NCBI GenBank assembly: GCA_051439425.1
Contig: JBFRWD010000059.1
Coordinates: forward strand, 1 to 61,014
Origin: Synechococcus sp.
GTDB taxonomy: Bacteria; Cyanobacteriota; Cyanobacteriia; Thermostichales; PCC-7336
Direction: 5' to 3'
DNA: 61,014 bases
Positions 18,819-29,948 of this stretch are shown here, one piece after another. The translations under genes and the position numbers were made by a program. The notes under the pieces were generated by a model. It had not been told where the DNA came from. It ran no database searches and saw nothing but the letters and a program-made list of their open reading frames with translations. Within the stretch, counting starts at the first letter, position 1, and each line of letters starts with the position of its first letter.

Positions 18819-20174
18819 CTAAGCAAAGCTGCTGTGAGTCATGGCATAAGCTTTCAGCCGATCGGCCACAGATTTGACGGAGATCTTATCAAGAGCCTCT
18901 GCCGCAAATGCGTAGGTCAGCAGTTGTTTGGCACGGGCCTCGCTCAGGCCGCGACTGCGCAGGTAAAACACTTCATCCGGCACTAACTGGCTGACGGTTG
19001 CCCCGTGGGCGCATTTAACATCATCGGCAAAAATTTCTAACTGCGGCTTGGTATCCACCCGAGCTTTGTTAGAGAGCAGCAGGTTGCGGCTGGATTGGCT
19101 GCTATCGATTTTTTGAGCGTTAGGTCGAACCAGCACTTTGCCGTTAAAAATGGTGTGGGCCCGATCGCCAACAATGCATTTATGAACCTGGTCGCTATTA
19201 CCGTAAGGATTGGCGTGATCGATCGCTGTGTGAGTGTCGGAGATTTGAGAGCTACTGGCGATCGTCAACCCGTTCAAAGTGGTGTGAACGTTGACCCCTT
19301 GCTGAACGGTTTCGAGCGAGTGGCGAGATAGTTGGGCTCCTGTGCTAATGGTATGACCGATATAGCGGCTGTCTTTGGATTGCGAGATAGCTGTGCGGGC
19401 TACATGGAAGCTGTCATCTGCTTCAGCCTGCCATTTGCAATGTTCCAGCTGAGCGTTGTCTTCTAGCACGATCTCGGTGACAGCGTTGGTTAGATAAGCC
19501 GAATCGTTCGATCCGAAGAACTGCTCTACCACAGTCGCTTCACCGCCTTTTTCGACGACGATTGCGCAGCGGGGATGGGAGACGGTCGGCACACTTCCAG
19601 ACACGGATACAAATGCGAGCTGAATGGGAGTCTCGATAACCGAGTTCTTCGACACCAGAACGACAGCTATATCCGCCATGCAAGCAGAGTTTAGCAGCGT
19701 AAAGGTGTCCCCCTGACCCATAGCATCGATACTGATACTCGAGATCGCTAGCTGTTGCTGTGCGGCAGACAACGAAGCCAGATTACCAACCGTAACCCCT
19801 TTAGGAACATCGGAGAGGTCAGAGAGTTCGGTGGAGAACTGACCGTTGACAAACACCAATCGGGTGGCGCTGGATTCAGGGATCTCTAAAGTATCGATAT
19901 TGGCCACAGCAAGACTTGAATCTGCCGGAGCAAACTGGACATCCTTGAGGGAACTCAAATTAGTGAATCGCCAGTCTTCATCCCGTATGGTGGGAAGGGA
20001 CATCAGACTCGCTCGTTCGGCAGCTTCAGCCCGCAAAGGTTCCAGATCCTCGATGGTGGGAGCGACCGCCTCCCGTTGGGCGATTAAGTTGGCTAGGTAG
20101 CGATCTGCAGAGCTGTTCGGGGCGATCGCCTGTTCGTTGACCTGGGATTGAGAAAACTTAGAAGTTGTCATCAT
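18819..20174 (-). CDS. sufD: Fe-S cluster assembly protein SufD
   Basis: DEDWRFTNL, DTKPQLEIFADDVKCAHGATV, FYLRSRG; TAATG overlap with sufC. Confidence 0.96.
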   Translation of the reverse strand: MMTTSKFSQSQVNEQAIAPNSSADRYLANLIAQREAVAPTIEDLEPLRAEAAERASLMSLPTIRDEDWRFTNLSSLKDVQFAPADSSLAVANIDTLEIPESSATRLVFVNGQFSTELSDLSDVPKGVTVGNLASLSAAQQQLAISSISIDAMGQGDTFTLLNSACMADIAVVLVSKNSVIETPIQLAFVSVSGSVPTVSHPRCAIVVEKGGEATVVEQFFGSNDSAYLTNAVTEIVLEDNAQLEHCKWQAEADDSFHVARTAISQSKDSRYIGHTISTGAQLSRHSLETVQQGVNVHTTLNGLTIASSSQISDTHTAIDHANPYGNSDQVHKCIVGDRAHTIFNGKVLVRPNAQKIDSSQSSRNLLLSNKARVDTKPQLEIFADDVKCAHGATVSQLVPDEVFYLRSRGLSEARAKQLLTYAFAAEALDKISVKSVADRLKAYAMTHSSFA

Positions 20175-20995
20175 TACTGTGCCGCTACGGCCTCCGCACT
20201 GGCTTCTGTCTGTCCTTCTTTCTGGTCTTCTAGTTCATCAATCCAGTCGTAGCCTTTCTCTTCCAGCTCCAGAGCAAGCTCTTTGCCACCCGTGCGAATA
20301 ATTTGACCGGCATTCATGACGTGAACGTAGTCCGGCACAATGTAGTCCAGCAATCGTTGGTAGTGGGTAATCAGCACATTGGCATTCGTTTCGTTCGCAA
20401 GCTGATTGACGCCATTGGAGACAATTCGCAAAGCGTCGATGTCCAAGCCAGAATCGGTCTCGTCCAAAATCGACAGCGTGGGTTCCAGCACCGCCATTTG
20501 CAGGATTTCATTGCGCTTTTTCTCGCCGCCAGAAAAGCCGCTGTTAACGCTGCGCTCCAAAAAATCGGGACTCATTTCCACCACCCCGAGTTTTTCTTCC
20601 AGCAAATCGCTAAAGTCAAACGGGTCTAGTTCCTCTAATCCGCGATAGGTGCGCACGGCATTGCACGAGAGACGCAGAAACTCTTCGTTACTCACCCCCG
20701 GCACTTCGATTGGGTACTGGAAGGCCAGAAATACCCCCGCTCTGGCCCGATCCTCCGGTTCCATCTCCAGCAGATTCTTACCCTTGTAAAGGATTTCGCC
20801 GCCAGTCACTTCATAGTCGGGATGACCTGCCAAAACTTTCGAGAACGTGCTCTTGCCCGATCCGTTGCGACCCATAATCGCGTGGATCTCTCCAGCTTTT
20901 ACTTCCAGATTCACTCCTTTCAGTACGGGGGTGCCGTCCACAGACGCTTGCAAATCCCGGACTGACAGAATGACCTCGCTGTTGTCTCGAATCAT
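20174..20995 (-). CDS. sufC: Fe-S cluster assembly ATPase SufC
   Basis: [36 protein letters not shown]. Confidence 0.97.
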   Translation of the reverse strand: MIRDNSEVILSVRDLQASVDGTPVLKGVNLEVKAGEIHAIMGRNGSGKSTFSKVLAGHPDYEVTGGEILYKGKNLLEMEPEDRARAGVFLAFQYPIEVPGVSNEEFLRLSCNAVRTYRGLEELDPFDFSDLLEEKLGVVEMSPDFLERSVNSGFSGGEKKRNEILQMAVLEPTLSILDETDSGLDIDALRIVSNGVNQLANETNANVLITHYQRLLDYIVPDYVHVMNAGQIIRTGGKELALELEEKGYDWIDELEDQKEGQTEASAEAVAAQ

Positions 20996-21124
20996 GACGG
21001 ATGGTTGTCCTTAGTCTCTCGAACGAAATTCTGAGTAACCTTCTACGGTGAACGTCGAAAGGTGAGCAGTGCAAGTGCGTCCCAGATTGCAAATCTCCGA
21101 GACGCGGGATCGCGATGGAACAGG

Positions 21125-22564
21125 CTATCCCACCGAATTCTCTAGCTTCAGGCTCAAGAGCTTATCAGCTTCTGAGGCAAACTCCATTGGCAACTGATTG
21201 AACACGTCCTTACAAAAACCGTTCACAATCATGGACACGGCGTCTTCTGCCGAAATTCCCCGCTGCAGAAAGTAGAAGATCTGATCTTCGCTGATCTTGG
21301 ACGTTGAAGCTTCGTGCTCGACGGTGGCCGTAGCGTTTTGGGACTGGATGTACGGGAAGGTACTGGCTTCGCAGCGATCGCCAATCAGCATGGAGTCACA
21401 CTGTGTATAGTTGCGGGCTCCGTCTGCTTTAGGGCCAACTTTCACCAATCCACGGTAGCTGTTGTTGGATTTTCCAGCCGAAATTCCCTTGGAAATGATC
21501 GTGCTAGAGGTATTCTTGCCGATGTGCACCATCTTGGTGCCGGTATCGGCTTCCTGACGGTTGTTGGTCAACGCCACCGAGTAAAACTCACCCACGGAGT
21601 TATCACCCACCAACACGCAACTGGGATACTTCCAAGTAATGGCCGAGCCTGTTTCCACTTGTGTCCAAGAGATCTTGGAGTTAGCGCCCTTGCACAAACC
21701 GCGTTTGGTCACAAAGTTATAGATGCCGCCTTTTCCGTTTTCATCCCCGGCGTACCAGTTCTGCACGGTGGAATACTTAATTTCGGCATCGTCTAGCGCC
21801 ACCAGTTCCACCACTGCGGCGTGCAGTTGGTTGGTGTCAAACATGGGAGCGGTACAGCCTTCTAGATAGGTAACCGAGCTACGCTCTTCCGCCACGATCA
21901 GGGTGCGCTCGAACTGTCCCGATTCGCCATTGTTGATGCGGAAGTAGGTGGACAGATCCATCGGACACTTGACGCCTTTCGGCACGTATACAAATGAGCC
22001 GTCGCTGAATACAGCGGAATTCAGTGCAGCGAAGAAGTTATCACCAACCGGTACAACACTGCCCAGATATTTTTGAATCAGTTCCGGGTACTCCTCGACG
22101 GCTTCCGAGATCGAGCAGAAAATAATGCCGTGCTTAGCCAGGTCTTCCTTGAACGTGGTGGCGATCGATACGCTATCGAATACGGCGTCTACCGCTACAT
22201 TGCCCAACCGCTTTTGCTCGGAGAGGGGGATGCCCAGCTTTTCAAATGTCGCCAGCAGCTCGGGGTCCAGCTCATCCAGACTCTTGACCTTCTTGCCCGC
22301 CTGTTTGGGAGCGGAATAATAAATGATGTCCTGGTAGTCGATCGCCGGATACTCAAGATTCGGCCAGTGGGGCTCTGCCATCTCCAGCCATTTACGATAG
22401 GCCCTGAGCCGGAATTCCAACAGAAACTCGGGCTCGTTCTTCTTGGCAGAGATGAGCCTAACAACATCTTCGCTCAGTCCCTTTGGAATAGAGTCAGATT
22501 CGATCTCGGAGACAAATCCGTACTTGTAGGGCTGATTAACGAGGGTTTTAACTGAGGCCGTCAC
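21125..22564 (-). CDS. sufB: Fe-S cluster assembly protein SufB
   Basis: [35 protein letters not shown] start at 22564. Confidence 0.97.
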   Translation of the reverse strand: MTASVKTLVNQPYKYGFVSEIESDSIPKGLSEDVVRLISAKKNEPEFLLEFRLRAYRKWLEMAEPHWPNLEYPAIDYQDIIYYSAPKQAGKKVKSLDELDPELLATFEKLGIPLSEQKRLGNVAVDAVFDSVSIATTFKEDLAKHGIIFCSISEAVEEYPELIQKYLGSVVPVGDNFFAALNSAVFSDGSFVYVPKGVKCPMDLSTYFRINNGESGQFERTLIVAEERSSVTYLEGCTAPMFDTNQLHAAVVELVALDDAEIKYSTVQNWYAGDENGKGGIYNFVTKRGLCKGANSKISWTQVETGSAITWKYPSCVLVGDNSVGEFYSVALTNNRQEADTGTKMVHIGKNTSSTIISKGISAGKSNNSYRGLVKVGPKADGARNYTQCDSMLIGDRCEASTFPYIQSQNATATVEHEASTSKISEDQIFYFLQRGISAEDAVSMIVNGFCKDVFNQLPMEFASEADKLLSLKLENSVG

Positions 22565-22801
22565 CAAGAGAAACCTCCGGAAGTTGTGCTGTGCGTAGAG
22601 CTGGGCAATGTTGCGATTAACGTGCTGCGATGAACCTGTTGCGATCAAGATCGGTAAGATCGAGGGTCGCGATTAAACAGCGGCGCAAATGGAGCAACGT
22701 TGAGACTCGTAACGAGTACAGTTCTCAATCGGCTGAGAGCATTACGCTGAGGCTGGATCGAACCCCGATCAACGCAAGTCGTCAGCAATTGTATACTTAA
22801 A

Positions 22802-22854
22802 CAACATACCCATTGCTAAACTCATGCTAGAACACTTTAGCAACATTGGTGTTG
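22802..22854. promoter_or_regulatory. Paired SufR operators
   Basis: Perfect CAAC-ATTGGT-GTTG at 22841..22854 and near-match CAAC-ATACCC-ATTG at 22802..22815, between divergent sufB and sufR; fits the known CAAC-N6-GTTG SufR motif. Confidence 0.8.
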
Positions 22855-22884
22855 TTTAACTCGCAAAACACACGATCGGCGAGC

Positions 22885-23625
22885 ATGACGGTGAGTTCTT
22901 CCCCTTCCTATTCTCCCACCTCCGATGGGGCAAAATCCCCGCCCACTCTGGCATTTAGTCGGCATCATCCCGGCCACGCCAAGCAGGCAATTCTGCAGGT
23001 CTTGCGCAAGCATAAGTCGCTATCTGCTCAGCAATTGGCGGAGCAGATTAGTATTAGCGTGCAAGCCATTCGGCGTCACCTTAAAGATTTAGAAACGGAA
23101 GGGGCGATCGCTCGCAAGCCTGTTTCAAGCGGGATGGGCCGACCGCAATATCTTTACGCTCTCACGTCTGCCGGTCTCGAACGCTTCCCTAAACATTACG
23201 ACGAGTTTGCCGTCACATTTTTGAGTGCAATGGCAGAACTCGTGGGGCCGGAGCAAATGGAGGAGGTACTGCACGAGCAGTGGCAGCAAAAAGCCTCCCA
23301 GTACAGGGTCAAAATTGGTGAGGGGTCGCTGCGCGATCGGATTGCATCTTTGGCAGAGCTACGTACCCAAGAGGGTTACATGGTCGATTGGTACGCGCTA
23401 GACGACAGCGACGCTCAACACGGGAGTGCGGAAGGTCGCGATGGAGAACAGTTTGTGTTTTCTGAGTACAACTGTGCCATCAGCCAAGTTGCAGAAAGTT
23501 TTCCTAGTGTTTGCGGTCATGAATTAGACATGCTTCAAGCGGTCTTCCCCGACAGCTTGGTAACGCGCACCCATTGGATGGTGGGTAACGAACATCAGTG
23601 CGGTTATCTAATTGCCGAGAAATAG
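22885..23625 (+). CDS. sufR: Fe-S cluster transcriptional regulator SufR
   Basis: HTH ISVQAIRRHLKDLE..GMGRPQ; YNCAISQVAESFPSVCGHEL..HQCGY; divergent from sufB. Confidence 0.95.
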   Translation: MTVSSSPSYSPTSDGAKSPPTLAFSRHHPGHAKQAILQVLRKHKSLSAQQLAEQISISVQAIRRHLKDLETEGAIARKPVSSGMGRPQYLYALTSAGLERFPKHYDEFAVTFLSAMAELVGPEQMEEVLHEQWQQKASQYRVKIGEGSLRDRIASLAELRTQEGYMVDWYALDDSDAQHGSAEGRDGEQFVFSEYNCAISQVAESFPSVCGHELDMLQAVFPDSLVTRTHWMVGNEHQCGYLIAEK

Positions 23626-24061
23626 CTGGAACCGAGAGTCGCTTTCGATTCTGGCACCTTCTCGTTTATGTCTTTATTTCTGTTCGAGAAAAGATGACGG
23701 CTCGCCGGCAGATAAGTTTGCCGCGCTTGCCGTGTATGGGCAGACGGTTAGCTTGCGGCATGTTCTTGATTTGCTTGCTAACAATCCGGTGAAACCATGG
23801 CGTATTCACCCCACTACACAAATGGACATCAAGCACTCCGAAAAATTCCTCGGTCTTGCTTGGGGGCATCCGATCCAACTTATCCTCAATTCGCTCGCAA
23901 CAGAATGAGAAGGAAGCAGAGTGCAAATTACGGGACTCTTGCAATATCTACCCACTAAGCCTTCCCTTGACCTTCAATACAAATGACTACAGGCTCTACC
24001 CTCTGCTCTCTTCTAGACGAGCTTTTCTGTCGAGCTGACGTTAGAGTGCGTGCAGGTCGGC

Positions 24062-24112
24062 AAAAAAAACAGAGACCGACTGAAGAGGGCGGGAAGCTCT
24101 TCAGTAAGTCTC
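24062..24112 (-). terminator. Rho-independent terminator of gnd
   Basis: Stem gagac..ctgaagag / ctcttcag..gtctc next to an A8 run (U-tract on the minus strand). Confidence 0.65.
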
Positions 24113-24140
24113 CAGTCAACATGAAAGCAAATAAAGCAAG

Positions 24141-25643
24141 CTAAACTGTTAGCTGAGGACGGCTAGGTTCAGGCCAATCTAAGTGGAAGAAGTGTCCCCG
24201 AGGTCGATCTAGGCGTTCATAGGTATGGGCACCAAAGTAGTCCCGCTGGGCCTGGAGTAAGTTAGCTGGCAGAAAACCACTTCGATAGGAGTCGAAGTAG
24301 GCTAACGCAGAGGAAAACGTAGGTACGGGAATTCCTTGCATAGCTGCAGTTGCAACAACCTCACGCCAGTGGGTTTGGGATGATTCAACTTCTTTCGTAA
24401 AGTAAGGATCGAGCAGTAAATTAGGCAAGTCAGCCTGAAGATCGAACGCCTCTTTAATGCGTTGCAAGAAGTGAGCACGGATAATGCATCCGCCTCGCCA
24501 GATCATTGCAATTTCTCCGAAATTCAACTCCCATTCATACTCTTTTTGCGCCTCCCGCATCAGCGCAAAGCCCTGGGCATACGAACAAATCTTAGAGCAA
24601 TACAGTGCATCACCAATTGCGTCAATAAAGGCTTTTTTGTCTCCCCGAAAACTCGGACCCGGACCGTGTAGAACCTTGCTTGCAGCAACACGCTCTTCTT
24701 TGATGGAGCTAATGATGCGGGCGTAGACAGCTTCGGCAATTGTTGGAGCTGAAACGCCCATATCCAGGGAGTTGACAGCAGTCCACTTGCCTGTACCTTT
24801 TTGGCCTGCCGTATCCAAAACAATATCGACAAAGGGGGTGCCAGTTTCCGGATCGACCTGCTTGAGAATATCTGCGGTGACTTCAATCAAGAAGCTATCT
24901 AATTTTCCGGTATTCCACTCGGCAAATACATTGCTCATCTCGGCAGGAGACATACCTAGTAGATCGCGCATCAGGTGATACGCCTCGCAGATCATCTGCA
25001 TATCCCCATATTCAATGCCGTTGTGCACCATTTTTACGTAGTGCCCGGCACCGTTAGGACCAATGTAAGCCGTGCAAGGAACGCCACCGTCAATGGGATG
25101 TCCTGGAGTCGCTCCTTTAATCTCTTTCCCAGTGGCAGGATCGACTTTGGACGCGATCGCCCTCCAAATAGGCTCCAAAGATTTCCATGATTCTGGATTA
25201 CCTCCAGGCATTAAGGATGGGCCAAACCTCGCGCCCTCTTCGCCGCCAGAAGTGCCGGAGCCAAAAAACTTGAGCTTGTCAGCATACGTTCTTTCTCTCT
25301 CAATAGTGTCTGTCCAGAGAGAATTTCCCGCATCAACAACAATGTCATCCGGTTCGATTCCGGCTTCAATCAAGTCGCTAATAACGTAATCAATGGGCTT
25401 ACCGGCCTTAATTAGCAGCACAATTTTGCGCGGTTTTTTCAGCGATGCCAGCAACTCGGCCAAAGAGTTACAGGCAACCAATCCGCCAGGAGTATCGGGA
25501 TTCTCGGCAATAAATGACTCCATCACAGAAGTCGTGCGATTGTAAACCGCAACTTTATAGCCGTGGTCAGCCATGTTGAGCACTAAGTTTTGCCCCATGA
25601 CCGCCAGACCAATCAACCCAATATCCGCTTGTGCATCAGTCAT
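24141..25643 (-). CDS. gnd: NADP-dependent 6-phosphogluconate dehydrogenase (decarboxylating)
   Basis: [54 protein letters not shown]. Confidence 0.97.
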   Translation of the reverse strand: MTDAQADIGLIGLAVMGQNLVLNMADHGYKVAVYNRTTSVMESFIAENPDTPGGLVACNSLAELLASLKKPRKIVLLIKAGKPIDYVISDLIEAGIEPDDIVVDAGNSLWTDTIERERTYADKLKFFGSGTSGGEEGARFGPSLMPGGNPESWKSLEPIWRAIASKVDPATGKEIKGATPGHPIDGGVPCTAYIGPNGAGHYVKMVHNGIEYGDMQMICEAYHLMRDLLGMSPAEMSNVFAEWNTGKLDSFLIEVTADILKQVDPETGTPFVDIVLDTAGQKGTGKWTAVNSLDMGVSAPTIAEAVYARIISSIKEERVAASKVLHGPGPSFRGDKKAFIDAIGDALYCSKICSYAQGFALMREAQKEYEWELNFGEIAMIWRGGCIIRAHFLQRIKEAFDLQADLPNLLLDPYFTKEVESSQTHWREVVATAAMQGIPVPTFSSALAYFDSYRSGFLPANLLQAQRDYFGAHTYERLDRPRGHFFHLDWPEPSRPQLTV

Positions 25644-25832
25644 GATGAGACCCTTTCTGCTGGTGCACCACGATTCTAATTGAGCTGAATTGGTTCGATG
25701 CGGGATTTTGGCGAAGAGAGTATTAAATCCTAGTAAGAACTTCAGCGACCCGCTTTCGCAGATCGCTGAAAAATTGATGCGTGCAGCTCTACTTTTAGAA
25801 ATCGGGCTGCAAAACTAGCTTAATGAACTCAT

Positions 25833-27533
25833 CTACACAGAAGTGACAGGTTCCTGAGTTCCTGCAACGATGGTCGATATCGGTTCCCCATCGAAATGGT
25901 CGGGAATAGGCTCACCCAACAGGGTCAGAATAGTGGGGCCAATGTCCACACCCTCCACGTCAGGGGTAGCCGACCCAGGCTTTATTCCATCGCCTTTGGC
26001 TATCACAAAACCATCGGTTCTATGTCCACCAGGACGAGGACAAGGCACTGGTCCCACTCTCCCCGTCACCGGACTATCCACAACGTCAGTTGGGTAGTTC
26101 TGCTTCCACAACACAACCAAATCGGGGCCAGGGAGTCGCTCTTTGTCTCGATCTTCAGTTGGATAGTTTCGAGTGCGGACAACTCGGTCGACAATCGGCT
26201 CACCGGTGCGAGCATCCACAAGACCGTTAATCAACTCGATCAATTCGTCACAGACCGCATCGTATTCTTCTGGCAATACAATGCCATCACGCTCGCGCCC
26301 CTTAAGGTTGATGCGAATATGGCCATCGGCAAACGAGGGCAGCGCAAATGCCCGCATCTTGGGCCAAAGGCGCGAATACCACATGGTAGGCATCCAGCTA
26401 GGATCGACACCATCTTTCGCTAATATGCTGGAGAAGACCAATCCATCGTGAGTCGCTTTTTGCAGCCTTCTAGGTGCCCAAGTCCGCCAGAAGCGTAGAA
26501 GAAGGTTCGGCTCGCGAATCAGGCTCCAAATTTCACCGTGCCATGAACGGCGGGTTGGATTATCTCTCTCGGGGCCAGGAGTCTGTCCAACCTCTCCAGG
26601 AGCAATCGCTGTCTTACCTGGAAAATTCCACCGGTAAAGGGTTTCCGGGAGCATCACCATACTCAACACGTCGGTGACGTTATTACCCATACCGTGAACC
26701 GAGAAACAGACAACACGGGCATCTTCAGGGGCATCTTCTAAAATCTCTCCCACGCCGCGATCGACAGCCTTGTACGCATCCAGTACAGGGGAGTAATCAG
26801 GGGCAGCCTGTTGCTTGTAGCGTTTGTAGAGAGGATGGTCGGGCAGCGTAAGGTGGATCAAGTCGTGGCCCCCACTATGGAGCTCGGGAAATGCTGCTAC
26901 AAATAAGTCCCACTCTTCTTCTTTGAGTAGCTCGCGACAAATGGTCGTCCGAGTTTCGATACTGCGGGCTAGAGCGCCATTCAACCATCGCGCGTACTTG
27001 GGATTTCCCCAAAAACCATGATCGTTATAGAGAACTTCATTTTCACCATATTTTTCTATCAGTTCTGGCAACAGGTTGGCCGGATTGGAGTGACTAGGAG
27101 TAAACGGATAGTGTCCTCCCCAGCCAAGAATTTGTTTGCCGTTGACACGATCCGACAGACCTGAAGCGGGAAGGTCAAAAGCAGCTACCCGACGATCGCC
27201 AAGGTACGCATAGAACGGAGGATATTCCCCTCCAAAATCAACGCCGATTTCTTCTTCATCACGAGTAATGCTGTAGTCTTCCGGGAAAAACTTAGAAGTA
27301 TCCCAGAAGCCCGTTTTGTCAGGCCGACAACCGCTCCAGGCCATTGACCAGAGACGCTCGGTAGAGCAGGTACTGGTCGGCCCTTCAGCGTGATTGACAG
27401 TATTGCGGATACGACCGTACGTCCCTTCTTCGATGAGCTTCTGAAGGTTAGGAAGATGCCCCTCAGAAATCCACTGCTCCATCAAGTTTGGGTCGGCAGA
27501 ATCCAGCCCGATAGCAATTACACTATTTTTCAT
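25833..27533 (-). CDS. Alkaline phosphatase superfamily protein (type I phosphodiesterase/nucleotide pyrophosphatase-like)
   Basis: IAIGLDSADP..GHLPNL, SVHGMG, IRINLKGRERDGIV, GGHRTDG, DIGPTILTLLG..DGEP. Confidence 0.8.
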   Translation of the reverse strand: MKNSVIAIGLDSADPNLMEQWISEGHLPNLQKLIEEGTYGRIRNTVNHAEGPTSTCSTERLWSMAWSGCRPDKTGFWDTSKFFPEDYSITRDEEEIGVDFGGEYPPFYAYLGDRRVAAFDLPASGLSDRVNGKQILGWGGHYPFTPSHSNPANLLPELIEKYGENEVLYNDHGFWGNPKYARWLNGALARSIETRTTICRELLKEEEWDLFVAAFPELHSGGHDLIHLTLPDHPLYKRYKQQAAPDYSPVLDAYKAVDRGVGEILEDAPEDARVVCFSVHGMGNNVTDVLSMVMLPETLYRWNFPGKTAIAPGEVGQTPGPERDNPTRRSWHGEIWSLIREPNLLLRFWRTWAPRRLQKATHDGLVFSSILAKDGVDPSWMPTMWYSRLWPKMRAFALPSFADGHIRINLKGRERDGIVLPEEYDAVCDELIELINGLVDARTGEPIVDRVVRTRNYPTEDRDKERLPGPDLVVLWKQNYPTDVVDSPVTGRVGPVPCPRPGGHRTDGFVIAKGDGIKPGSATPDVEGVDIGPTILTLLGEPIPDHFDGEPISTIVAGTQEPVTSV

Positions 27534-27874
27534 GAACCACTCACTGAATCGCGGAGAAAGTGTTAAACGCTGATTGGGAGAACAATATAAGCAATGACAT
27601 CTAAGCAATGAATTGCTCTTCCTGAAGCACAATAAACATCTTCAGCTGGATCATCTCCCCTCAGATAATAATGCCCTCGCGCTGATACCAGTTGCAGGCA
27701 GAGTTACACTACAAACGGCAGTTAGGTGACGACACAGCCAACTTCAAGATGACTTGATCAGGAACGCTCAGCTTCTTGACTGACAACTCTACTTCGATCC
27801 CGAGCTTTGCTCTTGCGAAGCTTAATTGCTCTGGACAAAGGATATGTCCAAAATCAATCAGTCCAGACATAGGG

Positions 27875-27890
27875 TGTAATTTATTTTACA
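27875..27890. promoter_or_regulatory. Candidate NtcA-binding site
   Basis: TGTA-ATTTATTT-TACA fits TGTA-N8-TACA exactly; no canonical -10 at 22 nt. Confidence 0.45.
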
Positions 27891-28111
27891 CTGAGTCCGT
27901 TGGATCGATAGACTTATACAGTAATCCTAGTATCAACGATGAACTGTAATGCTGGATGCTGAAAAGCGAACTCTTTTCTTTCCGATCCATCTTGACAGCG
28001 ATCAATGCTATGGCAAGCCCGCTTAGGCATAGTTATGCTTGACTGGAGCTGCACCATGATCCCTTTAGACGTGTCAGACGTTGTAACTGTCGAACTTCAG
28101 AGTGTCAAAAC

Positions 28112-29923
28112 TTGAGTGCCAAAATTGCAATTCGAGACTTGAACACAGGTCAGTGGGTTCAGAACTCGACCCCGATCTCCACTATCCGTGCCGACACTTT
28201 AAACGATGTCTCCTCAACATTGGAAGAGGTAGAGGCGCGAGTGGTTCGAGATCGCCTCTATGCTGTCGGGTTTATCAGTTACGAAGCATCGCCCGCCTTC
28301 GATCCAATACTGATAACTCATCCTATACACACCGCAGTTCCTGCCTCGGCATGTGAAGCAGCATCCTCTCCCAAAATAGAGACACGATTTCCCTATGTCT
28401 ACTTCGTGTTGCTCGACCATCTGACCCCCTTGCAGTTGTCCACCAATCACTCAACCGGCTATACACTCTCTTCTTGGCAACCTGACCTATCTGCCACACA
28501 GTTCCACCAGGCGATCGCTCGCATCAAGCACTACATCAAACAGGGAGACACCTATCAGGTAAATTTCACATTCCGGCAGCGTGCCCAATTTAAAGGCGAT
28601 CCTTGGCCGCTATTTGTGGAATTAGTCAGTGCCCAGAACACTCCATACTGCACGTACATCGAAACCAGTGAATTTGCCGTATGCTCCGCCTCTCCAGAGC
28701 TCTTTTTCAAGCAAGTAGGAGATGATATCGAGTTGCGGCCCATGAAAGGAACTGTGGCCCGAGGCAGAACATTAGCAGAAGATGCTAGCAACCGATTGTG
28801 GTTGCAGCAGTCCTCCAAAGATCGGGCCGAGAACTTGATGATTGTGGATATGATCCGCAACGATGTCAGCCAAATTGCGCGTCTGGATAGCGTTCGAGTC
28901 CCTAGTCTGTTTGATGTCGAACGCTACCCAAGCATTCACCAAATGACATCTACAGTGCAGGCAACTGCTCGCTGTAGCTTGTTCGAGACACTGAAAGCCT
29001 TATTTCCCTGTGCCTCCATTACGGGGGCGCCCAAAGCTCGGACGATGGCTATTATCGCTGAGCTGGAGACCTCTCCACGTAAGCTCTACACCGGCAGTAT
29101 TGGACTGATTTGCCCTGATGGCTCGAAGCAGTTTAATGTGGCGATTCGCACCGTATTGATTGACAAAACAACTGGGAATGCAGAATACGGAGTGGGTAGC
29201 GGCGTTGTCTGGGATTCAGACAGCGAGCGAGAGTTTACCGAGTGCAAAGAAAAGACGAAAGTCTTGACCCATCGCTTGCCCGAATTTGACCTACTGGAAT
29301 CAATTTTGTGGACTCCAGACAGTGGTTATCTTCTGCTTGACAAGCATTTAATGCGCCTGTGCCAATCTGCCGAGTATTTTGATTTTCCCTTCGAGCAAAA
29401 GCTCGTAGAAGCACATTTGCAGGAGATTGCATCATCTTTGACAACCCCCAGCAAAGTTCGTGTGACCCTCTCGAAGGTTGGCAAGATCGAACTCACCCAC
29501 CAAGCTTTAGGGACAGTTATTCGGACTCCAGTCCCACTTGCCATAGCGGCCGAACCGATTTCCAGTAGCGATCCGTTCGTATTCCACAAAACCACCCACA
29601 GAACCACATACGATCGCCATCTAGCGTCAAGTCCAGATGCACATGATGTCATCTTGTGGAACGAAAGGGGCCAGATAACAGAAGGATGTTGGGGCAATAT
29701 CGCTGTCTGGATAGATGGAGACTGGGTCACTCCCTCCATTGGTTGCGGGCTGTTAGCAGGGGTATTTCGCCAGCAACTTCTTGAAACGGGACGTGTACAA
29801 GAACGTCCAATTGAGCTGAAAGACCTGAAACAGAGCGATCGCTTCGCCTGGTTTAACTCTGTACGTGGATGGAAGAACGCTGTTTTACTGGACACTCTAT
29901 ATCCCTATCACTCCGAACTCTAA
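28112..29923 (+). CDS. pabB: Fused aminodeoxychorismate synthase component I / class IV aminotransferase (PabB-PabC type)
   Basis: GDTYQVNFT, SPELFF, PMKGT, AENLMIVDMIRND, PCASITGAPK; C-terminal HKTTHR, NERGQITEG, GLLAGVFR. Confidence 0.9.
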   Translation: MSAKIAIRDLNTGQWVQNSTPISTIRADTLNDVSSTLEEVEARVVRDRLYAVGFISYEASPAFDPILITHPIHTAVPASACEAASSPKIETRFPYVYFVLLDHLTPLQLSTNHSTGYTLSSWQPDLSATQFHQAIARIKHYIKQGDTYQVNFTFRQRAQFKGDPWPLFVELVSAQNTPYCTYIETSEFAVCSASPELFFKQVGDDIELRPMKGTVARGRTLAEDASNRLWLQQSSKDRAENLMIVDMIRNDVSQIARLDSVRVPSLFDVERYPSIHQMTSTVQATARCSLFETLKALFPCASITGAPKARTMAIIAELETSPRKLYTGSIGLICPDGSKQFNVAIRTVLIDKTTGNAEYGVGSGVVWDSDSEREFTECKEKTKVLTHRLPEFDLLESILWTPDSGYLLLDKHLMRLCQSAEYFDFPFEQKLVEAHLQEIASSLTTPSKVRVTLSKVGKIELTHQALGTVIRTPVPLAIAAEPISSSDPFVFHKTTHRTTYDRHLASSPDAHDVILWNERGQITEGCWGNIAVWIDGDWVTPSIGCGLLAGVFRQQLLETGRVQERPIELKDLKQSDRFAWFNSVRGWKNAVLLDTLYPYHSEL

Positions 29924-29948
29924 GCAATTTCGATCTCTAGGCAATCGT

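Noticed and set aside
23460..23625. SufR has Ser at the third Cys position (PDSL)
   Set aside because: That Cys is, as I recall, not a cluster ligand; the other three are present
23612..23944. Overlapping 98-aa (+) and 92-aa (-) ORFs between sufR and gnd
   Set aside because: No recognisable motif or clear RBS; cannot tell whether either is real
28112..29923. PabB-PabC fusion as a novelty
   Set aside because: A known, widespread fusion
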